From Deltaproteobacteria bacterium (lineage in GTDB: Bacteria > Desulfobacterota > Binatia > HRBIN30 > JACQVA1), in NCBI GenBank assembly GCA_016178705.1, contig JACOST010000032.1:152448-216447 (forward strand): a DNA stretch of 64,000 bases, given 5' to 3'. The position numbers were made by a program, and so were the translations under genes. Under the pieces are notes generated by a model. That model was not told the origin of the DNA and searched no databases. It saw only the letters and a list, made by a program, of their open reading frames with translations. This document shows positions 1-8,359 of this stretch, one piece after another. The first letter of the stretch is position 1. Every line of letters starts with the position of its first letter.

Positions 1-3000
1 GATCGCGACGAAGCTGGCCAGACGCGCCTCGGACGCTAGCAAGTCGTAGCAATTGGAATCGAGGCGGCCTTCGGCGACCTGGTATCCGATCGACAGGAGC
101 TGCCGTGACGGATCGAAGAGAAAGCCGAACTCCATAGCCTCGAACATCTTGCGGGCAAGCGCGGCCAGCGCCGTAAGTCGCCGCTCCAACGCGCGCGCCG
201 TGCGACCGGAATGCTCGACAGCCGCGATGAGCGCTTCCAGCGCCTGGCCTTGCGCCGCTGCGTCGCCATTTGTGTCTCCACGCGCGGCGAGGTCTGCGCG
301 CCGACCGAAGAGGATCACGAGTACCGCATCGCAGCGGTCCGGCAGATCAGCCAAGGTGGGGATAGTGTCGAAGAGCGGGCGGAGCGCCGCATCCAAGTTG
401 CGAGACGGCCCTTCGAGACGCCGCCAAAATGACGGCGGCTCCTCAGGGCAAACGGTTGTGTTGTCGGTTTGAAAGGACCGTTCCGCTCGCCCTGAGGAGG
501 CCCCATTTTTTTGGGGCCGTCTCGCAGGGCTGTCTGGGACAGGATCGACGCCCTCCGGCGCAAGCAGACGCGCCCAGGGCATCAACTCCCGCAGATCGCG
601 GTCGTGGCTCTGGATGGAGGCACGCACTGCTTCCGCCCAGGCCAGCACGTCGGCGCTGCTGCCGTCGCCACGTTCCTCGCTCAGCGCTCGCGCGATGTCA
701 GTGACGGTGTCGGCGTGAAGAACGATCTCACCGAGCAGCCCTGCGACATCCGCCGGGGTCTCCGCCCGCGACTCATCGAGCGAAACCGCGAGAGCGTTGA
801 GCGCGTCGTCCAGTTGCTTCCGCGTCACCGTTTGTGTTCGGCGGTCGTCCGCGAGCGCGCCCAAGGCCTCACGAGTGAGCCCGAGCGCGTCGGCGATCCC
901 CGCGAACCATTGTGGACCCACCACAGCCCGGCCGACCAGTTCCCGACAGGCGTTTGAGAGAGCGATCAGGTGTCCCGCGAGATTTCCGCTGTCCACGGAA
1001 GAGACGTACTTCGGCTCGAGCGAACGAAGGTCACGCGTGTCGTACCAGTTGTAGAAGTGGCCGCGAAAGCGCTCGAGCTCATTCATCGTTCCGAGCGTCG
1101 CCTCCAATTTTTCCGTGGCATCGAGCGTACCGAACCAGCCGAAGTCGCGCGCGGCAACCACCGACAGGAGGTACAATCCGAGGTTCGTCGGGGAGGTCCG
1201 ATGGGCAACCACCGGCTTCGGATCTTCCTGAAAGTTGTCGGGAGGCAGCATGTGATCATCCGCCGCGACGAAGATCTCGAAGAACCGCCATGTACGACGG
1301 GCGATCAGCCGCAGTACCTGCGCGTTCGCGGCCGACACGGGCTCGGAGCCCGCCACGCTTGGTGGACGGCTCGCCCACTGCGCCACGACCGGTGACAACG
1401 TCCACAGAATCAAGAATGGACCCGCGATCAACGCCGCACCGTGCCCGGCGTACGCGACGGCGGCGGCCCCCGCTGCAGCCAACACGACGCCGCCAGCCAT
1501 CCGACGGTAGAAACCGGGGACATTGAGGGGAAGGCTGAACTTCGCCTGCGCGGCGGTCACCCACTCGAGCATGCGTCGGTGCGAAACGAACAGACGGAAG
1601 AGCGTGCGCACGATGGCGTCGGTCATCAACCACGCCTGATGCGCGAGCAGCGTGAGCGAGAACCCAATCTGTGACAAACCGAGCGCGAGATCCGAAGCTA
1701 CTGCGAGCAAGTGGCTACGCTTCGAAATCCCGAACCGTCGCGGCAGGATGCCGGCACCAAACGGTAGCAGCGCGGGCAGCGCGATCATCGCGAGGACGAC
1801 CCCGGTCCAGACCGCGGCAGCAATAGGCGGCAACATCCACCCTGCCGCGAGCGCGAGAAAAGTAACCGGCGCCGACACCGTGCGACGGAGGTTGTCGATC
1901 ATCTTCCAACGCCCGATCAAGGGAATTGCCCCGCAGACCGGGTCGCTGGTTGCGCCCCGTCCACGGCCGAGAATCCAGGGAAGCAACTGCCAATCACCGC
2001 GCGCCCACCGATGCTGCCGCGCCGCGGCGACGTCGTAGCGCGACGGGAACTCCTCGACGACCTCGATGTCGGAAGCCAGTCCAGCGCGCGCGAAAATGCC
2101 CTCGAACAGATCGTGACTCAGAAGCGTGCGCTCAGGCACCCGCCCTTTGAGGGCGGCTTCGAAGATGTCGACATCATAGATTCCCTTTCCGGTGAACGAC
2201 CCTTCGCCGAAGAGGTCCTGGTACACGTCGGAGACCGCAAACGCGTAGGGGTCGATGCCCCCGGGACCTGAGAACACACGCTGGAAGACCGACCCCTCAC
2301 GACCAATTGGCAACGACGGCGTGACGCGCGGCTGCAGCACCGCGTAGCCGTCGACGACGCGACGGCTATGGGGATCGAGCTGCGGGCGATTGAGTGGGTG
2401 CGCCATCTTCCCAACGAGTTGGCGGGCCGCTCCCCGCGGGAGTCGCGTATCGCCGTCAAGGGTGATCACGTAGCGTACGCTGGCCGGGACCGCGGGTGCG
2501 CGGTCGCCGATGGCAAGGAAGGTCGTGTCGGTAGCGCCGCGCAGCAATCGATTCAGCTCGTGCAGCTTGCCGCGCTTGCGTTCCCACCCGATCCACTTTC
2601 CTTCTCCCGCATTCCAGCGCCGCCCACGATGGAGCAAGAGGAATCGCGCGCCATCCGGTGCGGGTCCGTAGCGTTGATTCAAGCGGGCGATGCCCTCCGT
2701 GGCAGCACCCAACAGCGCGTCGTCGTCCGGCACACTCTCGCTGGCGGCGTCCGTCCAGTCAGAGAGCAGCGCAAAGTAGAGGTCGCCGGCCTCCGCACTC
2801 GCCAGATACCGAACCTCGAGGCGCTCGATCTGCTCTTCGATCTCCGTCGGCGTGGTCAAGAGCGTGGGCACGACGACCATCGTGCGCAGGTTCGACGGCA
2901 CGCCGTCGCGTAGCTCCAACGCCGGCAGTGCCGTGGGGCCGAACTGATTCGTGACGTGGCGATTCACCAGCGCCATCGCCACATCCGACGCCGGGACGAG

Positions 3001-4434
3001 GGCGAGCAGCGCGAGCAGGCCGAGCGCCGATCCGCCCACCCCGCATTCCGCGACACCGAGCAGAGACAGAGCGAGGATGATGGCGCTGAGGATCGCGACC
3101 GTTCCTAGATATCCGAAGATCCCCGCGGCCGCGTAGACGCGAGTGAGCCAGTGGCGCATCGGCACGCGAAATCCGAGCTCCGTCTCCAAGGCCCGCCGTC
3201 CCTTGGCGATGAGGTAGTAGCCGGGATCTTGCTCACGGCGACGGTCGGGCAATTCGCAAGCAGGGCCTCGAGACGGCTCCTGGAAAGATGGGGCCTCCTC
3301 AGCCCGAGCGGTATTGTTCCTTGGTTCGACCGACTTCTTCCGTTCACCCTGAAGAGTCGCTTCTGTTGGCGGCGTCTCGAAGGGCGCGCCGTCCGCGCAC
3401 TGGGCCGCGCGCAACGCGCGCCCGGCGACTTCGAGCTCCGAGTGTCCCGAGCCGCGCGCCAGCACTTCGATCGCGTGGCGGTAGCGATCCCGCGTCGGAA
3501 AATCCATGGCGGCAAAGTCGCTGCCAGCGCGAAGCTCCGCATCGACGAGGCTGACGTTCTCGAAGAACTCCGCCCAATCAACGGCGGACATCAAGCGCAT
3601 GCTGGTGATGACATTACGCACCGTGATGTTCATCGCACCCTGCCGCTGGTGTTCCTCGCGAACGATCTCATCGGCGGTTGTGCCCTGCGCGATGAGGCGG
3701 TCGTCCAGCCAGCGCAGAGCGGGTGTCACTGCCGGATCCTGATCGCGCAGCCGCTGGACGAGCTGGACCGCGAAGGCCGGGCGCGTCCGGTCGAAGCCTC
3801 GCAGGGCCGTTGCCGCCGGCTCGGGGGCGCGGTTGCCAACTCCGAGGAGGCGGTCAGCCAAGGCGTCGGCCTCTTGGCGCGCGGCGCGACTGCTCACGAT
3901 GCGCTCGGCCGCGCGGCGCAGATTCTCGACGAGTACGATGCGCAGCGTGATCGCCACTGCCCAGAGCTCACCGATCGTGAGCGGCTGCACCCGCTGATAG
4001 GCGCGCACGAACCGGCTCAGCGTCTGCGGATCGAACAAGCTGTCGGTGTGGGCGACGAAGGCCCAGGCGATCCCAAACACGCGCGGATAGCCCGCGAGAG
4101 ATCCTTCCGCCAGCTTGGGCAACTGGCGATAGAACCCGCTGGGAAGATCGTCGCGGATCTCGCGAATCTGTTCCTCGACCACGTGAAAGTTGTCGACCAG
4201 CCATTCGGCTGCGGGGGTGATGGCGCGTTCCTCACGGATGGCTTCGCCGATGGTGCGATACGCTGCGAGCAGCACTCGGCCATTGTCCCGCAGTCGGCTT
4301 GCCAGCGGTCGACCGACCCCAGGCCGCGGCGTTACACGTTGAGCCGCAGCGAGACTCTCGGCGTGTTGCTCCAGGCGCTCGATGCTGAACAATTCGCTGC
4401 GGATCGGCTCTTCGGGCTCTCGTGGGGGAGCCAT
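1..4434 (-). CDS. cyclic beta-1,2-glucan synthase-like giant glycosyltransferase (Cgs/NdvB/ChvB family), N-terminal 1478 codons; 3' end lies beyond nt 1
   Basis: Absent from ORF track (no stop in window). Hand translation of the minus strand from ATG 4434 stays open to nt 1: MAPPREPEEPIRSELFSIERLEQHAESLA..TPAAEWLVDNFHVVEEQIREIRDDLP..LTIGELWAVAITLRIVLVENLRR; TM block; VITLDGDTRLPRGAARQLVGKMAHPLNRP and QHRWARGDWQLLPW (GT84-type core); later HRTSPTNLGLYLL..FRGHFYNWYDT. Confidence 0.85.
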   Translation of the reverse strand, partial: MAPPREPEEPIRSELFSIERLEQHAESLAAAQRVTPRPGVGRPLASRLRDNGRVLLAAYRTIGEAIREERAITPAAEWLVDNFHVVEEQIREIRDDLPSGFYRQLPKLAEGSLAGYPRVFGIAWAFVAHTDSLFDPQTLSRFVRAYQRVQPLTIGELWAVAITLRIVLVENLRRAAERIVSSRAARQEADALADRLLGVGNRAPEPAATALRGFDRTRPAFAVQLVQRLRDQDPAVTPALRWLDDRLIAQGTTADEIVREEHQRQGAMNITVRNVITSMRLMSAVDWAEFFENVSLVDAELRAGSDFAAMDFPTRDRYRHAIEVLARGSGHSELEVAGRALRAAQCADGAPFETPPTEATLQGERKKSVEPRNNTARAEEAPSFQEPSRGPACELPDRRREQDPGYYLIAKGRRALETELGFRVPMRHWLTRVYAAAGIFGYLGTVAILSAIILALSLLGVAECGVGGSALGLLALLALVPASDVAMALVNRHVTNQFGPTALPALELRDGVPSNLRTMVVVPTLLTTPTEIEEQIERLEVRYLASAEAGDLYFALLSDWTDAASESVPDDDALLGAATEGIARLNQRYGPAPDGARFLLLHRGRRWNAGEGKWIGWERKRGKLHELNRLLRGATDTTFLAIGDRAPAVPASVRYVITLDGDTRLPRGAARQLVGKMAHPLNRPQLDPHSRRVVDGYAVLQPRVTPSLPIGREGSVFQRVFSGPGGIDPYAFAVSDVYQDLFGEGSFTGKGIYDVDIFEAALKGRVPERTLLSHDLFEGIFARAGLASDIEVVEEFPSRYDVAAARQHRWARGDWQLLPWILGRGRGATSDPVCGAIPLIGRWKMIDNLRRTVSAPVTFLALAAGWMLPPIAAAVWTGVVLAMIALPALLPFGAGILPRRFGISKRSHLLAVASDLALGLSQIGFSLTLLAHQAWLMTDAIVRTLFRLFVSHRRMLEWVTAAQAKFSLPLNVPGFYRRMAGGVVLAAAGAAAVAYAGHGAALIAGPFLILWTLSPVVAQWASRPPSVAGSEPVSAANAQVLRLIARRTWRFFEIFVAADDHMLPPDNFQEDPKPVVAHRTSPTNLGLYLLSVVAARDFGWFGTLDATEKLEATLGTMNELERFRGHFYNWYDTRDLRSLEPKYVSSVDSGNLAGHLIALSNACRELVGRAVVGPQWFAGIADALGLTREALGALADDRRTQTVTRKQLDDALNALAVSLDESRAETPADVAGLLGEIVLHADTVTDIARALSEERGDGSSADVLAWAEAVRASIQSHDRDLRELMPWARLLAPEGVDPVPDSPARRPQKNGASSGRAERSFQTDNTTVCPEEPPSFWRRLEGPSRNLDAALRPLFDTIPTLADLPDRCDAVLVILFGRRADLAARGDTNGDAAAQGQALEALIAAVEHSGRTARALERRLTALAALARKMFEAMEFGFLFDPSRQLLSIGYQVAEGRLDSNCYDLLASEARLASFVAI
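408..530 (+). repeat. 123-nt TIR-bounded palindromic (MITE-like) element, copy 1, inside the glucan-synthase ORF
   Basis: Ends gcccttcgagacgcc / ggccgtctcgcagggc are imperfect inverted repeats; nested inverted repeat 441-449 vs 489-497; GGCCCC-AT7-GGGGCC hairpin 499-518; aligns by eye over its full length with the reverse complement of 3263..3385. Confidence 0.6.
3263..3385 (-). repeat. 123-nt TIR-bounded palindromic (MITE-like) element, copy 2, opposite orientation, inside the glucan-synthase ORF
   Basis: gggcctcgagacggc ... ggcgtctcgaagggc termini; core gcgactcttcagggtgaacgg..ccgctcgggctgaggaggcccc (reverse complement) matches copy 1. Confidence 0.6.
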
Positions 4435-4889
4435 CGACAGTCCCTTGAGACTGCGAACAATTGACCGCTGCAATCGTGCGCTGCCTCGCACTAGCCTGAA
4501 GAAGAAAAAACGAGCTCCAGCGAAATGTAACGGTAAGATCATCGACAAGGCGCCCTGACGGGAACGAAGAGCCCACCGCCCTCGAACGAGATGTGTGCAA
4601 CACCTTTCGTTGGAGCTCTCCTGTCTGGGCGGGCTTGCGCCCGCGCGGTGTGGGGAGACTCGGCACTCCCGATGGGCTCGTGCACAGTTGTGTCGTGCGC
4701 CTCACGGCCAACAGCACCGATGTGCCATCGCCGCGTCTGCCTGAGTGTGGGGTGAGGAAGGCTCTCGGAGGCCCAAATGCGAGGGTAATCCTCGCGCCGA
4801 ACAGTCAGTAGGAACTGCACCATAGTCCCCGCCACCCAGAGTTGCAACCTTCGGTACTGTCTCCACACGTTGCGCGCGTACTCTGCGGA

Positions 4890-6077
4890 TCAGCGCTCGG
4901 TCGTGCCTTCGCCCTCGACGCCGTGCGCGTCGATGTCTGCCAGCGCAGCTTGTAGGAAGGCGACGGTCTGCTCCAATGTGCCGGCTTGAATGCGGTCGCG
5001 GTTGTCGGCAGCCGAGTGCAGTCCGCGAATCTGCCCATCGCCATTGCGCTGACTGCCGAGGGCGACACTCGGAATTCCGGCGGCGAGGAAACTACGCGCA
5101 TCCGTGCTCACCGGTTGAATGTCCGGTACCAGGCCCGCGCCAGATACGAGCTGGCGGAGCGCGTGATCGAGAGTGCGCACCAACGTGCCGGACGCATCAT
5201 AGCGGCGCCACGCCGACCGCTCGCTGACGAAGTAGCTCAGCCCGCGCCCGTATCCCCATCGCTCGCCATTGATGACATAGGTTGGACGCGGCAGCGGCGG
5301 CATCAATCGCTCGGCCACGTAGGCCGCCGACCCTTGCAACCCGACTTCCTCGCCGGCGAACAGCACGATCTCGATCTCCGTGTGTTCGAGCGGCGGCTCG
5401 CGCCCGCCGAGCTGCTCGGCCAATTTCGTCAGCGTCGCCACCGCGGCCGCATCGTCAAGCGCGCCGGGACTGCGCGCAGACACGATCGCGCCGCCGGACA
5501 TCATCAAGAGGAAGCCGAAGAAATACAGCGGAACCAACGCCGCCCACATCCGCACGTGTCGCTCGTCATGACCGCTGGCCTGGCGCCACAGCGCCGTGAG
5601 CGGCAACGCCAGGGTGATCACCAGTATCGGCACGATGAGAAACTGGATCGGGGCGCGTTGATAATCATCGAGCAGATCCGTCTTAGTATCGTAGTGGGCA
5701 GTCAAGATCACCGTGCGCTGCGGCTGCGCGACCGGAAAGCGGGCGATGATGCTGTGCTCACGCACGGCGCCGATGCGGCTCAGCAGCGGCAGCCGCAACT
5801 CGTAGTCCAATCCCAGATACGCGGGCAACAGCGCGGCGACGAGCAGCGCCCACACGAAGCGCCGCCGCCACATCAGCACACAGAAGACGACCGACAATGT
5901 GAAGCACACCACCCCCGCCAGCCGCGCGGCATAGGGTCGACAGACGAACTCCTGCAACGAGACCTCAGCACCGGCGGCGCGCAAGGTCTTTTCGAGCGCG
6001 CTCGCCGCCTCTGTCAGACCGGCGCTGCCGTTCTCGCGCGCCGTCGCCAATCCATCGAGTAGTTGATTGATCGTCAT
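4890..6077 (-). CDS. M28-family metallopeptidase with internal membrane-spanning segments
   Basis: 395-aa ORF; VILTAHYDTKTD and LFAGEEVGLQGSAAYV motifs typical of M28 aminopeptidases; several hydrophobic helices. Confidence 0.75.
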   Translation of the reverse strand: MTINQLLDGLATARENGSAGLTEAASALEKTLRAAGAEVSLQEFVCRPYAARLAGVVCFTLSVVFCVLMWRRRFVWALLVAALLPAYLGLDYELRLPLLSRIGAVREHSIIARFPVAQPQRTVILTAHYDTKTDLLDDYQRAPIQFLIVPILVITLALPLTALWRQASGHDERHVRMWAALVPLYFFGFLLMMSGGAIVSARSPGALDDAAAVATLTKLAEQLGGREPPLEHTEIEIVLFAGEEVGLQGSAAYVAERLMPPLPRPTYVINGERWGYGRGLSYFVSERSAWRRYDASGTLVRTLDHALRQLVSGAGLVPDIQPVSTDARSFLAAGIPSVALGSQRNGDGQIRGLHSAADNRDRIQAGTLEQTVAFLQAALADIDAHGVEGEGTTER

Positions 6078-6123
6078 GAGCGTCGCGGCTCACGGAGTTT
6101 TCCGCGGCGAGAAAACAACCGGC

Positions 6124-6312
6124 TCACAACCGCGCGGCGCCGTCGTCGCGTGACTCTTCACAACTGTCGGGCCACGGGTAGGTCACCGCGCCGGTCCAAC
6201 GATCGAGCACGCCCTCGACATTTTCGCCCGCGAGGATCGGCGTGTAGCGAAAGCTCGCGGCGACAATCGCGGCCGCCGCGACGATCGCGACGGCCAGTAG
6301 CAGTTCACGCAT
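6124..6312 (-). CDS. small membrane-anchored hypothetical protein (62 aa)
   Basis: Internal ATG (M63) of ORF 6124..6498 preceded by AGGAAG 7 nt upstream; MRELLLAVAIVAAAAIVAASF hydrophobic N-terminus; sits directly upstream of the M28 gene on the same strand. Confidence 0.4.
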   Translation of the reverse strand: MRELLLAVAIVAAAAIVAASFRYTPILAGENVEGVLDRWTGAVTYPWPDSCEESRDDGAARL

Positions 6313-6386
6313 GGGCGGACTTCCTAGCACGCAGCACCGCGTTTGCAACGATTGCAATGCGTCCACCTGCTCGGCATGCTGCCGCC

Positions 6387-6704
6387 ATGCGCGTGCTGGT
6401 GGGCCTGTGGGTGCCGCTGACATTGCTACTGACCTGGCCCGTGCGCCTCGTCGCGCCGCTCTTCCAGCACGTGGACGCGATAACCCGCAGCGCCCCACCG
6501 GCAGTAGTCGATGTCAATCGCCCGCGCACGCCCGACGACTGCGATCGGCAGATCGGCCTCGACTGGTACGGCTCACGCCAGCGCTGCCTGGCCGAGCTGT
6601 GCGCCGGCCAGAACGTGTTCAACGAATCCCTCTTCGATGCCGACAACCGCCGCCGAAAAAACCCATGCTATGGACAGAGCCCAACGGAGTACGAGGCACA
6701 ATAG
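6387..6704 (+). CDS. small secreted Cys-containing hypothetical protein (105 aa)
   Basis: Internal ATG (M109) of ORF 6063..6704; MRVLVGLWVPLTLLLTWPV signal-like N-terminus; GC3-rich codons; no clear SD. Confidence 0.3.
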   Translation: MRVLVGLWVPLTLLLTWPVRLVAPLFQHVDAITRSAPPAVVDVNRPRTPDDCDRQIGLDWYGSRQRCLAELCAGQNVFNESLFDADNRRRKNPCYGQSPTEYEAQ

Positions 6705-6823
6705 AGTCTTCGACTGTGAGTTCTTGAGGGGAGAACGCGCACCGTTTCACAAATCGGTCCATGTCTAAAACTCCCCTTGACCCGCTGGCGACGCTGCGAT
6801 GAAGTACCGCGGGCGAGGGTGGT

Positions 6824-8098
6824 ATGAGTAAGCTGATCATTACCGGCGGACGGCGATTGCGTGGGCGCATCCGCGTGGCAGGGAACAAGAATGCCGCGGC
6901 GCCGGTGTTGGCCGCGACGCTGCTCACCGATCAACCGATCCGACTCGGCAACATTCCCGACATCGAAGACGTGCGCGTGTTCGTTGAGATGCTGCGCGCG
7001 CTCGGCGCCACCGTCGAGTCTGCGGGTGAGGCCTGGCAGATCAGCACCGCCGCTGTGAGTTCGAGCCGCCCGGACCGGCGCCTCGCGCGCCAGATCCGCA
7101 TGTCGCTGCTGCTCGCCGGGCCGCTGTTGGCGCGCTTTGGGCGCGTGGCGTTGCCGTTCCCCGGCGGCGACGTAATCGGGCGGCGGCGCGTCGATACGCA
7201 CTTGCAGGCGCTGCAGGCGCTCGGCGCGTCGGTCGAAGTCACGCGCGAAGGTTATCGCTTGGCGGCCACACGCTTGCGCGGAGCCGAGATCTTTCTCGAT
7301 GAGATGAGCGTCACCGCCACCGAGAACACCATCCTGGCTGCGGTACTGGCTGAGGGCACTACCCTGATCCGTAACGCGGCCTCGGAACCGCACGTTCAGG
7401 ACCTCTGCAACTTCCTCGTCAGCCTCGGCGCCCGTATCGTTGGTATCGGCACCAACCTGCTCACCATCGAAGGTGTCACCAGTTTGCGCGGCGGCGAGTT
7501 CACGCTCGGTCCGGACTACATCGAGACCGGCAGCTTGATCGGCCTCGCCGCAGCGAGCGGAAGCCAACTCCGGATCGTCGACTGCCGTCCCAGCGATCAC
7601 GCGATGACGCGCATCATGTATGCCCGCCTCGGTATCCAGTGGAGCGTCGAGGACAATGACATCGTCGTTCCGGAAGGGCAGCGGCTCGAAGTGCTCGACG
7701 ACTTCGGGCACGCGATTCCAAAAATCGACGATGCGCCGTGGCCGGGCTTTCCGGCCGATCTGATTCCCATCGCGTTAGTGGTCGCCACGCAGGCACGCGG
7801 CTCGATCTTGATTCACGAGAAGCTGTTCGAGAGCCGGCTGTATTTCGTCGACCGCCTCATCCAGATGGGCGCGCGCATCGTCCTGTGCGATCCGCATCGC
7901 GCGGTGGTGATCGGACCGTCGAAGCTCTACGGGCAAGATCTCGCCTCACCCGACATCCGCGCCGGCATGGCGTTGCTGATTGCCGCACTGTGTGCCGAGG
8001 GCCGCAGCGTCATCCGCCATGCGCAGCAGATCGATCGCGGCTACGAACGGATCGATGAACGGCTCGCGGCGATCGGCGCGGATATTCGAAGGGAGTAG
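6824..8098 (+). CDS. murA: UDP-N-acetylglucosamine 1-carboxyvinyltransferase
   Basis: 424 aa; [30 protein letters not shown]-terminus and overall MurA layout; active-site loop [16 protein letters not shown]. Confidence 0.9.
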   Translation: MSKLIITGGRRLRGRIRVAGNKNAAAPVLAATLLTDQPIRLGNIPDIEDVRVFVEMLRALGATVESAGEAWQISTAAVSSSRPDRRLARQIRMSLLLAGPLLARFGRVALPFPGGDVIGRRRVDTHLQALQALGASVEVTREGYRLAATRLRGAEIFLDEMSVTATENTILAAVLAEGTTLIRNAASEPHVQDLCNFLVSLGARIVGIGTNLLTIEGVTSLRGGEFTLGPDYIETGSLIGLAAASGSQLRIVDCRPSDHAMTRIMYARLGIQWSVEDNDIVVPEGQRLEVLDDFGHAIPKIDDAPWPGFPADLIPIALVVATQARGSILIHEKLFESRLYFVDRLIQMGARIVLCDPHRAVVIGPSKLYGQDLASPDIRAGMALLIAALCAEGRSVIRHAQQIDRGYERIDERLAAIGADIRRE

Positions 8099-8101
8099 CG
8101 A

Positions 8102-8359
8102 CTACTCGCTGCCGGTGAACAGCCAGTCGTCGCTCTCGGTCGGGGGCGGGACTTCTTGCCACACACAGTCGAGCGACGCGAGGATCGCGCGGGTGTGCTC
8201 CACGGCGTCCGGCACCGCGAGGACGACGATCACCGCGGTCTTGCGATCGACCGTGCGCACGATCGCGACGTCTTCGTAGGACTCGAACACGAACTTGATG
8301 AACGCGATGTCGCGGCGCGCCACGCGCAAGAAGATGGGAACGACATCGGTCGTGGTCAT
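8102..8359 (-). CDS. DUF4911-like small protein
   Basis: 85 aa; IFLRVARRDIAFIKFVFESYEDVAIVRTVD pattern; 4-nt overlap with the upstream kinase gene. Confidence 0.7.
   Translation of the reverse strand: MTTTDVVPIFLRVARRDIAFIKFVFESYEDVAIVRTVDRKTAVIVVLAVPDAVEHTRAILASLDCVWQEVPPPTESDDWLFTGSE

Noticed and set aside
3151-4464. 437-aa plus-strand ORF, the longest track ORF in the first 4.8 kb
   Set aside because: Arg/Ala-rich with no motifs. It lies antisense to a far more convincing minus-strand reading frame (glucan synthase). Typical high-GC shadow ORF.
4435-4889. Known structured RNA gene (RNase P, SRP/4.5S, tmRNA, 6S) in the long intergenic region
   Set aside because: Checked from memory for GGAAAGUCC / ACAGAAACCCGGCUUA (RNase P), GGAAGGAAGCAGC (SRP) and tmRNA ends, and none is present. 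Kept only as an unclassified structured leader.
6668-7711. 347-aa minus-strand ORF
   Set aside because: Antisense to murA. No motifs; composition typical of shadow frames.
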